From the human T2T-CHM13v2.0 reference genome, Homo sapiens: a stretch of 64,000 nucleotides of DNA. A program made the translations under genes and the position numbers. The stretch lies in the NCBI RefSeq assembly GCF_009914755.1, contig NC_060945.1. One strand, written 5' to 3'. The stretch's first letter is position 1, and each line of letters starts with the position of its first letter. Shown in pieces: positions 14,680 to 27,408 of this stretch. The notes below the pieces were generated by a model. The model was given only the letters and a program-made list of their open reading frames with translations. It had not been told where the DNA came from and ran no database searches.

Positions 14680-17100
14680 TTAATATGTTCCAAAGAACAA
14701 ATACAACTTACAAAAATTGTCTCAAGAAGAAACAGAGTGATTGCATTGCCCCAACATAGTTAATGCAACCTAATTAGAAATTTTTAGAAAAAACCTTCAC
14801 AGAAAGTAATTCTGGTGCAAAATGCTTTGCAAGTGAGTTCTACAGAGTATTAAAGAAACATAATTCTAACAAAGAAGCTTGGAAAAGAGAAAAACCTCAA
14901 CCCTCAGTCTCATTTTATGTGACATGCATAACCCTGATACCCAAATAATTGAAATAGATTAAAATAAAGAAAAAACGCATTAATTTCACTGGAAATAGAA
15001 TTATAAGTATCATGAGTTAATTATTGAGCAATGCATAAAATTACTGTGAGAAACTATATAATATTAATAAACTGAATGGTTAATGTTAGAAAATATAGCA
15101 TGTATGGCAAAGAAATTATTATTCCCATAAGTCTAGAAAATGTGATAGGTCAAAATTATTATTACCACTTAAAACTCTTATTAATTCCAAATAATAGGCA
15201 AACTTTTCATCTTATAAGAAGCATAAATAAAACACTAAACACCATGATAAATGATGAATTGTTAAAAGAATACTCTTTAGTATCAGGAAAACTTTAAGGA
15301 ATTAAAGGTAGTACTACTTTTATTTAAAAATCATAAACATTGAAAGTTCCTATAATTATACAAGGGTAAAAAAATAAAGATACATATTTATTAAAAAAAA
15401 ATATACAGAAGATTTAATAGACTATACAGGTAAATTTTTGAAATTTATCAAGTCATTTATAAGTTTGATATTTTAAAAATCCACATTAAATTAAAATTCA
15501 CTTTTATAAAACAGTAATGATCAATAAGAAAATGAAGTTTTAAATTAATAAATTTTTAGATTTTAACAAATAGATCATAGGAAAAAGCTAATACAAATTG
15601 TGCAGTTTTTATTGAAGAATATTTACAAAATGTTGGAACACATTGAAAAATGTCTAGAGACATATGCTAGCTTGTGGATATGAATATTCAATATCGTGGA
15701 TATGAAATTACAATTCCAAATCAATCTACAAATGTTTTAATGGCATTGAAATAATATATTACTAGAAAAACTGATTCTACTGTCTATATAAAGCTGTACT
15801 CTTTTCTCAGAACAGTGGATATTTTTGTCCAGTTTCATATTTGTTTTGGGTGCTGGCCTTTGCATTATTGAAAATTTGGATATTTGGCAGTATCCCTCGT
15901 CTCTCCCCAGCAGTCAACCTTCATGGCAACCAATCATGTCTCCAGACATTCCCAAATGTCCCACTGTCAGCAAAATGGCCCCAGTTGAGAATCATTGATG
16001 CAGAGAATGAAAGAATGGTAATAGCCAAGACTTGGAGAAAAATAGTGGGAGGCCTTGCTCTGTTCGATTACAGGTTATAATGCTAAGTTTCGGTGATTAA
16101 AACTTTAAGTATTATCTCTACAGTAATAGGAGGAATTCTTCATTACTAATGAAGTAAGTAGTTATTCCTATGAGAAACAATGAAGTTTCATTCCATACAA
16201 TATGAAAAAATCAATAACACTTGTATAGAGAAATAGACGTAAAAGGCAAACTTATGAAATTTTTAAAAAGCAACATAAAATAATCTAAATTTAGGCAGGA
16301 AATAATTTCTTATATAAAGCAAAGAATTACAAGCTATGTGTAGATAATCAATAATGTTGACTTATTCAATACAGAATGGCCTTTATTTAAAAATGCATCA
16401 TTGGAGTGGAAATATAGGCCACACTCTGTGAGAATAGTATCTATAATGAGTCAAATCTTTTTATTCAGAAAATGTAAACAGCATATATGAATCACTACAA
16501 ACAACTCACTTTATCAAAAGATGGTTGAAAACATCAATAGTATTTCACAGAAGAAAGTTAAATAAACCATAGCCTATGAAAAAACAAAACAACAAAACAA
16601 AACAAAACAAAAAGCATAACCCATTGAATATTGGAAAAAAACAACAAAAAAACGAACAAACAAAAAATGAGTAGCCCATTGAATATCAGAAAAAAAATTT
16701 AAATGTATAATAAAATTTATTTTACATTCAGCAAATTTATAATAATTGAAATCTATTAATATCAAGCATGTAAATATTAGAACAACTAGAAGTTTTCATC
16801 TCACCAATAGTGGGAGTGTAATTCCTACATTCCATTGTGTTTTATTGTTTTTGGTAATTCTAGTGAAGATGAATATGCACATTAGCGGTTATTCATTGGT
16901 ATCATCAAGAAAACCACCTTCTGGGATACAAGGAAAGATTGCTTAGTGTGAGCAATGAATACATATATATTTTTAGTGTGATTAATCTAAATAGATTAAT
17001 TTTATTCAATTTATTTACAATGCATTTTACAATAAAAACGTTTTTAAAATTTAAAAAAGTATTGTCGATGTAATTGTTGTAGTACACCATCGCTATTAAA
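14680..17100 (+). mobile_element. Degenerate L1ME-type LINE (ORF2/3' region), interrupted by MER20
   Basis: A-rich sequence with L1 ORF2 phrases (caagaagaaacaga, cataaccctgataccc, gaatggtaatagccaagac). Confidence 0.65.
15800..15997. mobile_element. MER20 hAT-Charlie MITE
   Basis: atgtctccagacattcccaaatgtccc...gcaaaatggccccagttgagaatcattg. Confidence 0.85.
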
Positions 17101-17287
17101 AATAAACAAATAAAGGATAAAAAAATCTCTTCTCATCCTAGAATCTTTTTAAACGCTCCACAGCATCAATGTGTTATTCTTGGTCTGAGATGTACACTTC
17201 TTTACGTAAATATGGTTTTTTTAACGTAATACTCAGCCAAGCTATCTGCTATCATCTGTTTATCCATCTTTTGGTTGTTTCACTTAA
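17100..17287 (+). repeat. Copy 1 of a ~190-bp direct duplication (other copy 18197-18383)
   Basis: Shares ctcttctcatcctagaatcttttta and ccaagctatctgct with copy 2; roughly 80% identity by eye. Confidence 0.9.
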
Positions 17288-17903
17288 TGTTATTTCACGT
17301 TTTAAAAAAAGGTTCTACTTGTTTGTTTCAGTTATTTTGAGATAGTGGACTGTAAGACATCCTATTCCAAAATGAGTTACAAATTCGATGTAAATATCCA
17401 ACTAATATCAAGTTCTACTGACAGTTCACTGAGTTTAATTCACTATGTATACATAGTCAGTTACTAGTCTGCCATCACATTTTATAAAAACAGTTCTGAC
17501 AAGTCTTCACATTTGTAGCAATTTAATAGAGCGATATGGAATGTAAATGAACTAGAAAATAATGCATTAGAAGCTCCACATATCTAAATTAGGATGGATA
17601 CATTAATACTCTCATTATTGGTAACTGCCAGCATTTTTAGCTAGGTAATGACCTGTATGATTATGTTTTTATATAAACCAGAATGCTATCAAACTTAAAA
17701 TGAAGACAAAGTATATTAAAACTAAGCATAAATACAAATATAACCGATATTCTTAAGAATATTAATTTTCAGTGGATTTTGACATTAAACTTATATTTCA
17801 AGTATTAAAACACATATTTCCCAGCACACTATGACTTTTACAATTTTATAAAATCAAATTTATTGTCTTCCCTTTGAATGTTCTTGAATTCTTTTGATTC
17901 TTA

Positions 17904-18196
<293 letters not shown>

Positions 18197-18215
<19 letters not shown>

Positions 18216-18383
18216 AGATAAAAATGCTCTTCTCATCCTAGAATCTTTTTATATGTTCCACAGTATCAATATGCTATTCTTGGTTTGTGGTATACACTTT
18301 TTTACATTAATTTTTTTTTAACTTAATGTTCAACCAAGCTATCTGCTTTATTTTATTTATCCACCCTTGGTTATTTCACTTAA
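18197..18383 (+). repeat. Copy 2 of the ~190-bp direct duplication
   Basis: Aligns to 17100-17287. Confidence 0.9.
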
Positions 18384-18444
18384 ATATAACATTTTGATTT
18401 TATAATATTTTATCCATTTTAATATTTTATAAAGCCATAATATT

Positions 18445-18620
18445 TTAATTGATCACTTATTAAAAATACAGGTGTCGGACACTGTTCTAGGCATTGAAGA
18501 AGAAACAACTTCTTGATCCCAACAATTGTGCATTCTAGGGGAAAACAAAAACTTAATGAAGAGAAAATACCAGAGATTATACATGTAGTTACTTTACATT
18601 AAGTAGTAAATGATACCCTG
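18445..18620 (-). mobile_element. L2 fragment
   Basis: cactgttctaggcattg...cattctaggg, typical antisense L2 3' end. Confidence 0.5.
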
Positions 18621-18649
18621 ATTTAGAAGGTCATGTAATATCTTTGAGA

Positions 18650-18950
18650 GCATTATAAGCACACTTTAGCCAATCATGAAATTGATTTAGTGGGTCATGA
18701 CCAACATTTTAAAATGTAGAATAAAATAGTGGACTATGGTAAAGAATAGCATAGCATGACATAACATAAGATACAAGGGAAAAATCAGGTACTGTATCCA
18801 TGGAGTAAATGTTCTGAGAATTTGTTTTTTGCGATAAGTATGTATGAAACTGCATATATATGTCTATGTGTATTTGCTTCTTTGTATACTAGATCAATAT
18901 AAAATGCTTTCCTTACCATCAGTCCAGGGAAAAATAATCAAAAAGCACTG
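18650..18950. mobile_element. hAT-Charlie-type MITE (family name uncertain)
   Basis: catgaaattgatttagtgggtcatgaccaacatttt...aaaatgctttccttac...aaaagcactg. Confidence 0.55.
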
Positions 18951-19034
18951 AGTTATTGTAAATGCCCTTTTATATAAATAGGGTTGAAATATAACAATTA
19001 TTTAATAATTTCTACATATTATGTTCACTTCTAG

Positions 19035-19150
19035 GTGTTCCTCATTTAATTCTCACAACAAGAATATTATATTTTCTTAATATCATTTTCTTTTTACAGG
19101 GGAGGAAATCGAGGCACTGGACAGCTGAAGCACTTTCTTAAGTGAGGTTT
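19035..19150 (-). mobile_element. MIR SINE fragment
   Basis: ctcatttaattctcacaaca...tttacaggggaggaaatcgaggcac (MIR core). Confidence 0.7.
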
Positions 19151-19909
19151 CAAGATGACATGATATTTCAATATACACTCATTATTGTATACACATTTAA
19201 AACAGGGTTTGAAGAGTTATTTTTCACTATTGAGTGATAAAAGCATTCTTCTATTTTGCAAACTGTTTGGTTCTTTTTTCCTCAGTTCTTTATTCTCACG
19301 AAAATGCTGCAGTAATGTTTGAGGATAGAAGTACATGCACCTCTGACTATTTCTTTGGACATTTACTTGAATATATTTAATACCTCAGATGTATTTTGAT
19401 AAAATAATGTCTAAAAAGATTGAAATTTATATACCAATCAACAGTACCCAAAAGGTTCTTGAAGATGGAGGTACTCTTGCTAGTGTACCCACTTTCTTTG
19501 ACTAATCTAGAGATTTGAGCTTCTCTATGCTATTGGTTCTTTGCACAGCTCTTTGTGTTAATGTCTAAGTTCTCATCTCCACCCTTGTTCACAGAGAAGC
19601 TACTCAGATTTCCAAGTATGCAAACTTCCAGTGAACTTCTGTGAATTCCTTCTGACTTATTTTTGCCATATTATCTGATTACCTACAGAATGTCAGGTGT
19701 TTTCATTTGTTTTGCGATAGTTTGTTTTTGTTCAGTTTTTCCCATAGAGAGAAAATAAAACGAATGACTAGAGAGGTAAAATATTTGTTCATACTTGCAG
19801 TTGCCACACAGACAGGTCATGTCCACTGTGAACTCTGATTTTTTTCTGGCATACAAATACCCCATATAACGGAGTGCGACATATAGAGAATTAAGGTGAT
19901 TAAAACTAT

Positions 19910-19954
19910 TTCCCTATGTCTCTGAGACCATCAGATGGTCAGAGACATAGGGAA
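19910..19954. repeat. Near-perfect inverted repeat / hairpin
   Basis: TTCCCTATGTCTCTG[AG]ACCATC-A-GATGGT-CAGAGACATAGGGAA. Confidence 0.95.
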
Positions 19955-20489
19955 GATAGATTGTCCTTTGAAGTTACGTGTTTCTCATCCTAGGTAATTT
20001 TCAAGCTGACGCTTCTGTTTGGTTCAGCTACCAGTCTTAAAAATGAAATGAACTGGGCTGTGCTCCCTATTAACCCACAGATAGTGTATCCCAATAGAAG
20101 ATTATGTGCAGAAGAATAGCAAGTCTGCTGGATGACTAGGGATTGTTTGAAAGTAATATTTTCTGGGAAGGGAGCAGATATTGCTGCTGGGTATAGGATA
20201 TTTAGGATTTTGAGATCTAAATGAAGCTCTTTAAACTTCGTCGGAATATTATACCCCTGCAGAGTGCTGGGATGCCATCAGATATAATAGATGAAGAGCA
20301 AAGCTCAAGAACATGTGTTTAGCCCCTGTAAATCCTTCGACGACCTTGGGAGGTCAGCCCATGAGGCTGGGTGCCCAGTGTTGAAAGTTTAAGTTCTGTG
20401 GCATTTAACTGAGTAGAAGAATCATGAACAGTTTCTGATAATTAATTAGGCTGGGGCATAGAGCTGGGATTATCTGATAATCATTGGCT

Positions 20490-20966
20490 CATATGATAAA
20501 CTTATTATATATAAATTTTGGCTTAGTATACAAGCCAAACTTATATGATAAACTTTGGCTTTGGAAGATGGCAGAAATATAGTGGCTTGGATGGGCTCAG
20601 GTAGATAGTGCTGCAGCACATGAGGTCAGCTGAGGCTGCAGGCATCTGGGCTTGCCTGGGAATAAACAGCCAAAATGGCTCATTCACATGGCTGGCAGTT
20701 GCTGCTGCTCTTTGCTGGGATTTCATCGGCGACAGTTTATTTGAGTGATACAGGTGGCCTTTCCCTTCAGCTTGGGCCTCTTAAAGCGTGGTGACTGCCA
20801 TCAAAGAGAAAAAAAGTAGAAGATGCCAAACTTTTCAAAGGTTGGCAGAGTACCAGCATGTCACTTTTGCTGTCTTCTAATAAACTTGATCCCCTAAAAG
20901 GGAGTGGAATATACATACAAGGAGAGAATGAATTGAATGCATTACCTATGGAGTCTTCTGACCACA
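20490..20966 (-). mobile_element. MLT1 (I/J/K-type) MaLR LTR
   Basis: ccaaaatggctcattcacatggctggcagttg, gcttgggcctctt, cagcatgtcacttttgctg; ends ...ccaca. Confidence 0.7.
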
Positions 20967-21282
20967 AAAGCCTTTTATGTTAACCACATATTTATCATAT
21001 CCAGCACCCTTTACTCCTTCAGTTAAAGACTCTATGGATCGGCCTGCACACTCGCTGACCTTTCCTTTGGCTGTGTGCCATCTGTTATAGTGAAATTTTT
21101 ATTTCAGATATTACTGTTTTCAATTCTGGCATTTTCATTTGCTTTTCTTTTATAGTTTGTATTTGAGGAGATTTTCCATGTATTTATTATGATGTCCATT
21201 TTTTCTAAGTCCTTGAAACTGTAGTGATAGGTCCATTAAATTTCTATCTGCTAGTTTCAATTTGTGATATTTCTGTTTTTAT

Positions 21283-21470
21283 ATTGTTTCATATTACTGC
21301 TTCATAAACTGCTACAGTCTTGGTGACTTAAAACAACACGAATTTATTGTACAGATCTGTAGGTAAGGAGTCTGACACCACGGGGCTCACTGGACTAAAA
21401 TGAAGGTGACTGCAGGACTGTGGGCTAGGGTTTTTCTAGTTTTTCTAGTCTTTCTAGTTTCTAGAGGCTG
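21283..21470 (-). mobile_element. MLT1 LTR 3' fragment
   Basis: ggtgacttaaaacaacacgaatttatt...ctgtaggtaaggagtctga. Confidence 0.65.
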
Positions 21471-22028
21471 AATTTACTAAATTCTTGTTTTTGTATGATA
21501 CAAGATATTCTTAACCCACACCATATTTTAATCAGGACTTCCGTTTTTAGGGTGTCAATAGGAGGTTTTGATTAATACCAACGTGCACTCTTTAACGTCT
21601 GCTTTTGGGTACTTATTTCTATTCATTTTGCCCATGATATTTTATGTTAATCCACTCCCAAAATCACCAGGTGCCCTGCAGATCGCTAACAGCATGCCTC
21701 GAACTTGCTCTGATAATTGGTGTCCTCAGAGAATCTTTTTCAATGTTTGAAAATATGCCCTTGCGCCGACATTTTTCCAAACCCCATCTATACGTTTCTC
21801 CATCTGTACTTCCGCCCACCTCATCTATCTCTATCACTCCAGCTCTTACACTGAAATACTTATTTCATAGGAAAATTCTATACTGGTAATATGTAAATAT
21901 GGGTTTATAAGTCAGGTAGAAGTCTTATGTTGAGAATAAATACTTTTCTTTTTGAGGCTTTAAAATTGTTTGTCACTTCTACATACTTCAGAACAAAAAA
22001 TAAATCACAGGAATATCCACAACAAATT

Positions 22029-22053
22029 TGTGTGTGTGTGTGTGTGTGTGTGT
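22029..22053. repeat. (TG)n microsatellite
   Basis: About 12 TG units. Confidence 0.95.
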
Positions 22054-22308
22054 TTCTTGTGGCCTATAGTAGATTCAAGAATGTCACCTTTCTCCCAGAA
22101 AAGAAAAACATGAGGAATCTAAGAGTTCACTTATGCAACATCAGTTTCATTTATGCACATCCTACTCAAACAGTCAATCTCAGACATGTTCATCTATTTT
22201 TTTAATCCTTTAAGACAAGATTATGTGTGTGTGTGAGTTTTGTGTGTGTGTGTGCTTTGTCTATATATAAATGTGAATTCTTTGTTGTTGAACTTTGTGT
22301 GCATGAAA

Positions 22309-22329
22309 GAGAGAGAGAGAGAGAGAGAG

Positions 22330-22370
<41 letters not shown>
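22309..22370. repeat. Compound (AG)n(TG)n microsatellite
   Basis: Read directly from the sequence. Confidence 0.95.
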
Positions 22371-22372
<2 letters not shown>

Positions 22373-23369
22373 GGGATTTAGAAGGTATAAATTTTGGGTT
22401 TCTCCTAGAGGAAAAAAGGTGCAGTTCATTTCTCAACACTCAATTAGTTACCTTTCCTATTAATTCTACATTGAAAAGCCATGCTTATCTTGACTATTTA
22501 ATTAATTTGTTCCTATTCATTGCTATATTTCTAGAATATAGAATATAGCACATAACATCATTTGTTGAGATAAATGATGAGTAATTAAATAGATATTTCT
22601 GGAAGAAATTTGACTTATGAAGAAATATTTGAAAGTATCAACTGTGTCAACAAAATGGTAAACTTTGAAAATAATCAAATTATTCTACATATTTCTTTAT
22701 AATTTTCCAAGATCGGCGGTTTAATGTTATTACATTTATTACATTACAGACTCAAAGTTGGTAAACATCAATTTGACATGCATCGTTTTGCATCTTATCA
22801 AAGTGTATCTCCAACTAGTAAACATCAGTACAATCACACCAAATGACAACGTAAATGTTAAAGTTTTCTTTAAAAAGCAACAAAAAGAAACCCATGTAAT
22901 AACACCAAATTTCACCTCTGGAAATTACTGGCATGCTTATTTTGCTTGCTTTTCCATTCTAAAGGGCCCATTTTCATTTCGCATAAAGCGCACATTTCCA
23001 TGACTCGTTTTTATCACCTCTTAAAGTAAATATCTATGTTATGCGGCCTCTAGTTATGGCCAAGGAGCAGTGATGTGTAAACAAACTGTATATTTCAGGT
23101 GAGACAAAAATGTGAACTAGGTCATGCAGACAAGGCAAAATGACTCCGTGTTTAGAAATTGAACATAGAATTACTGTAGAAGCTTCATTAGGCAATTGTG
23201 CTACAGGAATAATATTATGCAGATAAGGTGACACAATATTATAAAACAGATTCTAGAATACTTTAGGGTGGTCTATTATCAACCAATTCCTTTTATTTCT
23301 GTAATTGAACTCACTCAAACAGCTGCTTTCATGGAACGAAGTAAATTAGTTGCTAGCCTAGTGCCATTT

Positions 23370-23592
23370 TATATATATACTTGTGCATATATATGCACAT
23401 ATATATGTGTAAATGTATATATATATTTATGTGCACATATATATGTGTAAATGTATATATATTTATATGTGTAAATGTATATATATTTATATGTGTAAAT
23501 GTATATATATATTTATATGTGTAAATGTATATATATTTATATGTGTAAATGTATATATATGCACATATATATGTGTAAATATATATATATAT
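23370..23592. repeat. AT-rich minisatellite, ~24-bp unit ATGTGTAAATGTATATATATTTAT
   Basis: Seven GTGTAAAT cores spaced 24-38 bp apart. Confidence 0.92.
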
Positions 23593-24641
23593 TCTTTTTG
23601 GTGTAGAAAAAACCTGCTTATATGACAGCCAAAAACTCAAAAAAAGAGAGAGATAAGGTTTTAATTCAGGTGATTTTTGTTGTTGGCTTGCCAGAAAATG
23701 ACCATATATTTTGGCAGTGACCATAATAGTGTGGATCATAAACAAGCAGAATTAAGACAGAGTGCTAAGGGAAAGAATTCAGGCAGCACATAGTTATCTA
23801 AATGAAAGGCACTGAAATGTGAAGCCAGCAGAGACTCAGCTGGAAGTAGGGGCAAAAGTACACTCACTGAATAGGACCTCTCCATAGCAGACAGCCAAGG
23901 CACCAATGAGGAATATATTTTGTCTGAGGCTATGAAGCAACAATAAGCCAAGATTCTAGATTTTCCTTCCCAAGTTATAACATGATTATTAATTAAAGTA
24001 TTATTACTTTCATTTAGGCATTGATGAATGTAGTCTTAAAAACTTACTTACTTAATTCAACCTGCAGTATGTGTCAGAAACTACAAATATTTACTTTGAG
24101 TTTTTGATAATTGTAAAAGTTCACTATTATCAATATCATTTTTGCTGGAAGGAATTTAGGCCCAAACAGTTTAAGAAATTTGCAAAACATCAAACAGAGA
24201 ATCATTTGGCAAAACCAAGCAACAAAAACACATTTTAGCTATAACACCTCATGTAATCAGAAAAGTGTGGAGGGGTATGTATCTGAGAAGTATAACCAGT
24301 GATCCTTGCCTTTTTGTGCCTTTTGTCATTATTCCTGTCTTTGTGCAACATCCATTTGTTATTTCTGTAGATTGGTTTTCTTCATGTAGACAAACTAGGG
24401 CACCAGTGGCTCCCGGACTCATATTTTCTAGTTTTTCTATTAGATAACAGGGGTGTTATTCTCTGCACTCCAGTTTAAATAATTCCATGAAAAAACTCCA
24501 ATTGGCCTTTGATTTAGTCCATACACCCAACCCCTGACACTGTGACTAAGAAAGGGGGATTGTGGTTGTCCAATATGGATGGATGCCGAACTTAGTCCAC
24601 ACACTGTTATCAGGGAGGCAGTCATGTAGGAAGAGAGTGGT

Positions 24642-25041
24642 TGTATTAGTTTGCTAGGGCTACAGCAACAAACTACCAAAAACTGGCTAACTTAAACAAC
24701 AGAAATGTATTGTCTCACAGTTCTGGAGGCTAGAAGTACAAAGCCAAGGTATTGGCAGGGTTGTTCCTTCTAAGAGCCGTGAGAGAAGAATCTACCCCAG
24801 GCCTCTTTCCTTGGCTTGCACAAGGTTGTCTTCTCCCTGTGTCTCTTCATGTGCCATTATTCCTGTGTTCATGTCTGTCTCAAAATTTCCCCTTTTCATA
24901 AGGATAACAGTAATCTCACTTTAACTTGATTACTTCTACTAAGACCCTATCTCCAAATAAGGTTGCATTCTGAGATACTAAAAGTGAGGACTTCAATAAA
25001 TGAATTTAGGTGTAAGGGGTTGCAAAATTCAACCCATAACA
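24642..25041 (-). mobile_element. MLT1B-type solo LTR
   Basis: tgtattagtttgctagggct...aattcaacccataaca, with 5-bp TSD GTGGT on both sides. Appears to sit inside an older MLT1K/L-like remnant. Confidence 0.88.
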
Positions 25042-25945
25042 GTGGTTCTTCTTTGAACAATATGGGTGAGGTTTTTCAAAAGAATACAAGATACAATTTC
25101 TTGATTACAAACTGCATCATTTCCTATGTATTAACTATGATGCCGATGCACCCTCAGTTGCTCCAGCCAAATGGTATGTAGTTAGAAAAGGTTGTATATC
25201 TAAGGTCTATACAAACTAGAGAACGAAAAATTTAGGGCCTCTTGACATTTTCTGCCTTTTGTCACTGTTTTTCTCTCTGTTATTTCAAATGGCTTTGTCT
25301 CTTCAAAGCTTATGCCATATCACAACATATTTGTTTTTCAAAATCACTAACAATAAATATAATTGTGTATATGCATTTTTTCAAAGTATAGAGAAAGATT
25401 TACCTAAAAGAGTTTGTTCCACCAGTATTGTTTACATTACAGGACAAATAAGGCACCTGCAGATGAGGGTGTTCCAATAGTGTTTAATTAATTTGCAGAA
25501 TCAGCACTATGTTTTGGACGGATGGCCAAGTTAAATGAGTCTGCTATCACCAACCAGCCAGCATGAGAGAAACAGATCATTAAGTCTGTAATTTTCACAG
25601 GTAATAAAGATCTAAAAATAATCACTGAATGTTTTGCCCCATCCTATGATTATAGATTTAACCCCTAAAGATGCAAACTAAAACCATGATGCTAGCCAAT
25701 ACTTCGAGAGATGAGCATAAATATACTTCCAATATGCTATGAAATTCCATCTGAGTCAAGTAGTTATTAGTACATTAATGAGATAACCAGTTTTATTTTA
25801 GTGGTTGCAAAACTGGCTTTTTTGGTGTGATATTATAATGAACATATTTGTGATTAAATGACAACACAAAATTGGCAACACACTGAAATGGAATCAATCT
25901 GCCAATATAAAATGCCACTAGTTAATGCATAGAAAACAGATTTTA

Positions 25946-26283
25946 CAGTCACATGCTACATAACAACATTTTGTTCAATGATGAACCACATATACAATGC
26001 TAGTCTAATAAGATTATAACATCATATTTTTACTGTATCTTTTTTATACTTACATATACAAATATTTACGTTGTGTTACAATTACCCACAGTATTCAATA
26101 CAGTAACATGCTGTTCAGGTTTGTAGCCTAGGAACAATAGATTGTACCATAAAGCTTAGGTGTGTAGAGACTATCCATCTAGGTTTGTATAAGAACATTT
26201 TTATACCACGAAGTTTGCCGAATGAAATTTCCTAATAGTGCATTTCTAAGAAAGTATCCCCAATGCTGAGATGTGCATGACTG
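25946..26283. mobile_element. Tigger3a (MER7A) TcMar-Tigger MITE
   Basis: cagtc...gactg termini flanked by TA; internal cagtaacatgctgttcaggtttgtagcctagg. Confidence 0.88.
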
Positions 26284-26687
26284 TATATAGTGAAATCAAA
26301 TGGAAAGCCTAATGGTAGATAATTGATCTTCAGACATGTTTCAATAATATTCTGCAGTGAAACTTAAAGCAAAGCAGCACATGCAGGCCTGCTGGGGAAC
26401 TGCAGGTGGACTGCCCTCTGTCTGGTTTTCATTCATTTTAAGGTGACTCTTGGAGAAAGGCATTAATATCAGGCTTTGCAAACACCAGCTGCAGACCCAA
26501 ACTAGGAAACTGGTATGTTAGATACGTGTCAGGCCTCCTGGTTGCACATATAGCAATGGATCACTGCCAATAGAAGGTGGTTATGCCATTCTTCCCAGAG
26601 TCATTGGAGAACATGTTTCTGTATTCACACAGAGACATTTAGGATCATGAAATCTCATAATTAAAGTATCAATAATACGGATCTGAG

Positions 26688-26815
26688 TAGTTCCTCTTCC
26701 TGAGTATACATCATAGTCACCTGGAGAACTTCTGAAATATCTTTGGGTTCGTTAAGTGTGGACCGGGGCCCAGGAATGTGGGTGTTTAAAAATACTCTAA
26801 GTTGATCTGCCTTTT
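26688..26815. mobile_element. MER5-type hAT-Charlie fragment
   Basis: catcatagtcacctggagaactt...ggggcccaggaatgtg. Confidence 0.6.
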
Positions 26816-27309
26816 CTTCTTTCAACTTACCTCCACACCTATCTAGTGCTAGAATATTCTGGATGAATGCAGTCAGTATCTGCTCTGACGTAACTTTGAA
26901 GAAGGAAAGGATGGGGAAGGAAAACATTATATATTGTCTTATAAGATTCTTATCATTCCTGCCTTGTAGTTTTGTTACTCCACATCTCCTTGATGTCACT
27001 GACAACTTGATGTATTCTTCATCATCATTCCATATAAAATGCTCATTTTCAGACCATAGGGGAATACTCTTTATGGCAAATTGTATATGGCCAATTAGTT
27101 ATCAGATTTCTGTTGATTTTTGCTATAACCAATCTATGGTTACAATTCAACTATGATTTGACAAGTAAAGTTACATCCTAATCTTGTCTTTTTCCAATAC
27201 AACATGGTCATTGGCTCTTATATATGACCTACTAGTCAACTATTTTTAACCTTCATGCAAGTTGTATTTATTAAACTAAAACTTATTTCAACATCAGCAT
27301 TAAATCAAT

Positions 27310-27405
27310 CTCTGATTTGTAGCACTTGCTGATTTCCGTGTTGTAAATACTCCCACCATAGCTGATTGCAACATACAAATGTGACCTTAATGAATGAAGA
27401 GTTGG
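27310..27405. mobile_element. MER63 fragment
   Basis: ctgatttgtagcacttgctgatttccgtgttgtaaatactcccaccatagctgatt. Confidence 0.75.
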
Positions 27406-27408
27406 CAA

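Noticed and set aside
23353-23745. 130-aa ORF and CRISPR-like periodicity
   Set aside because: Low-complexity minisatellite with no unique spacers, in a mammalian context.
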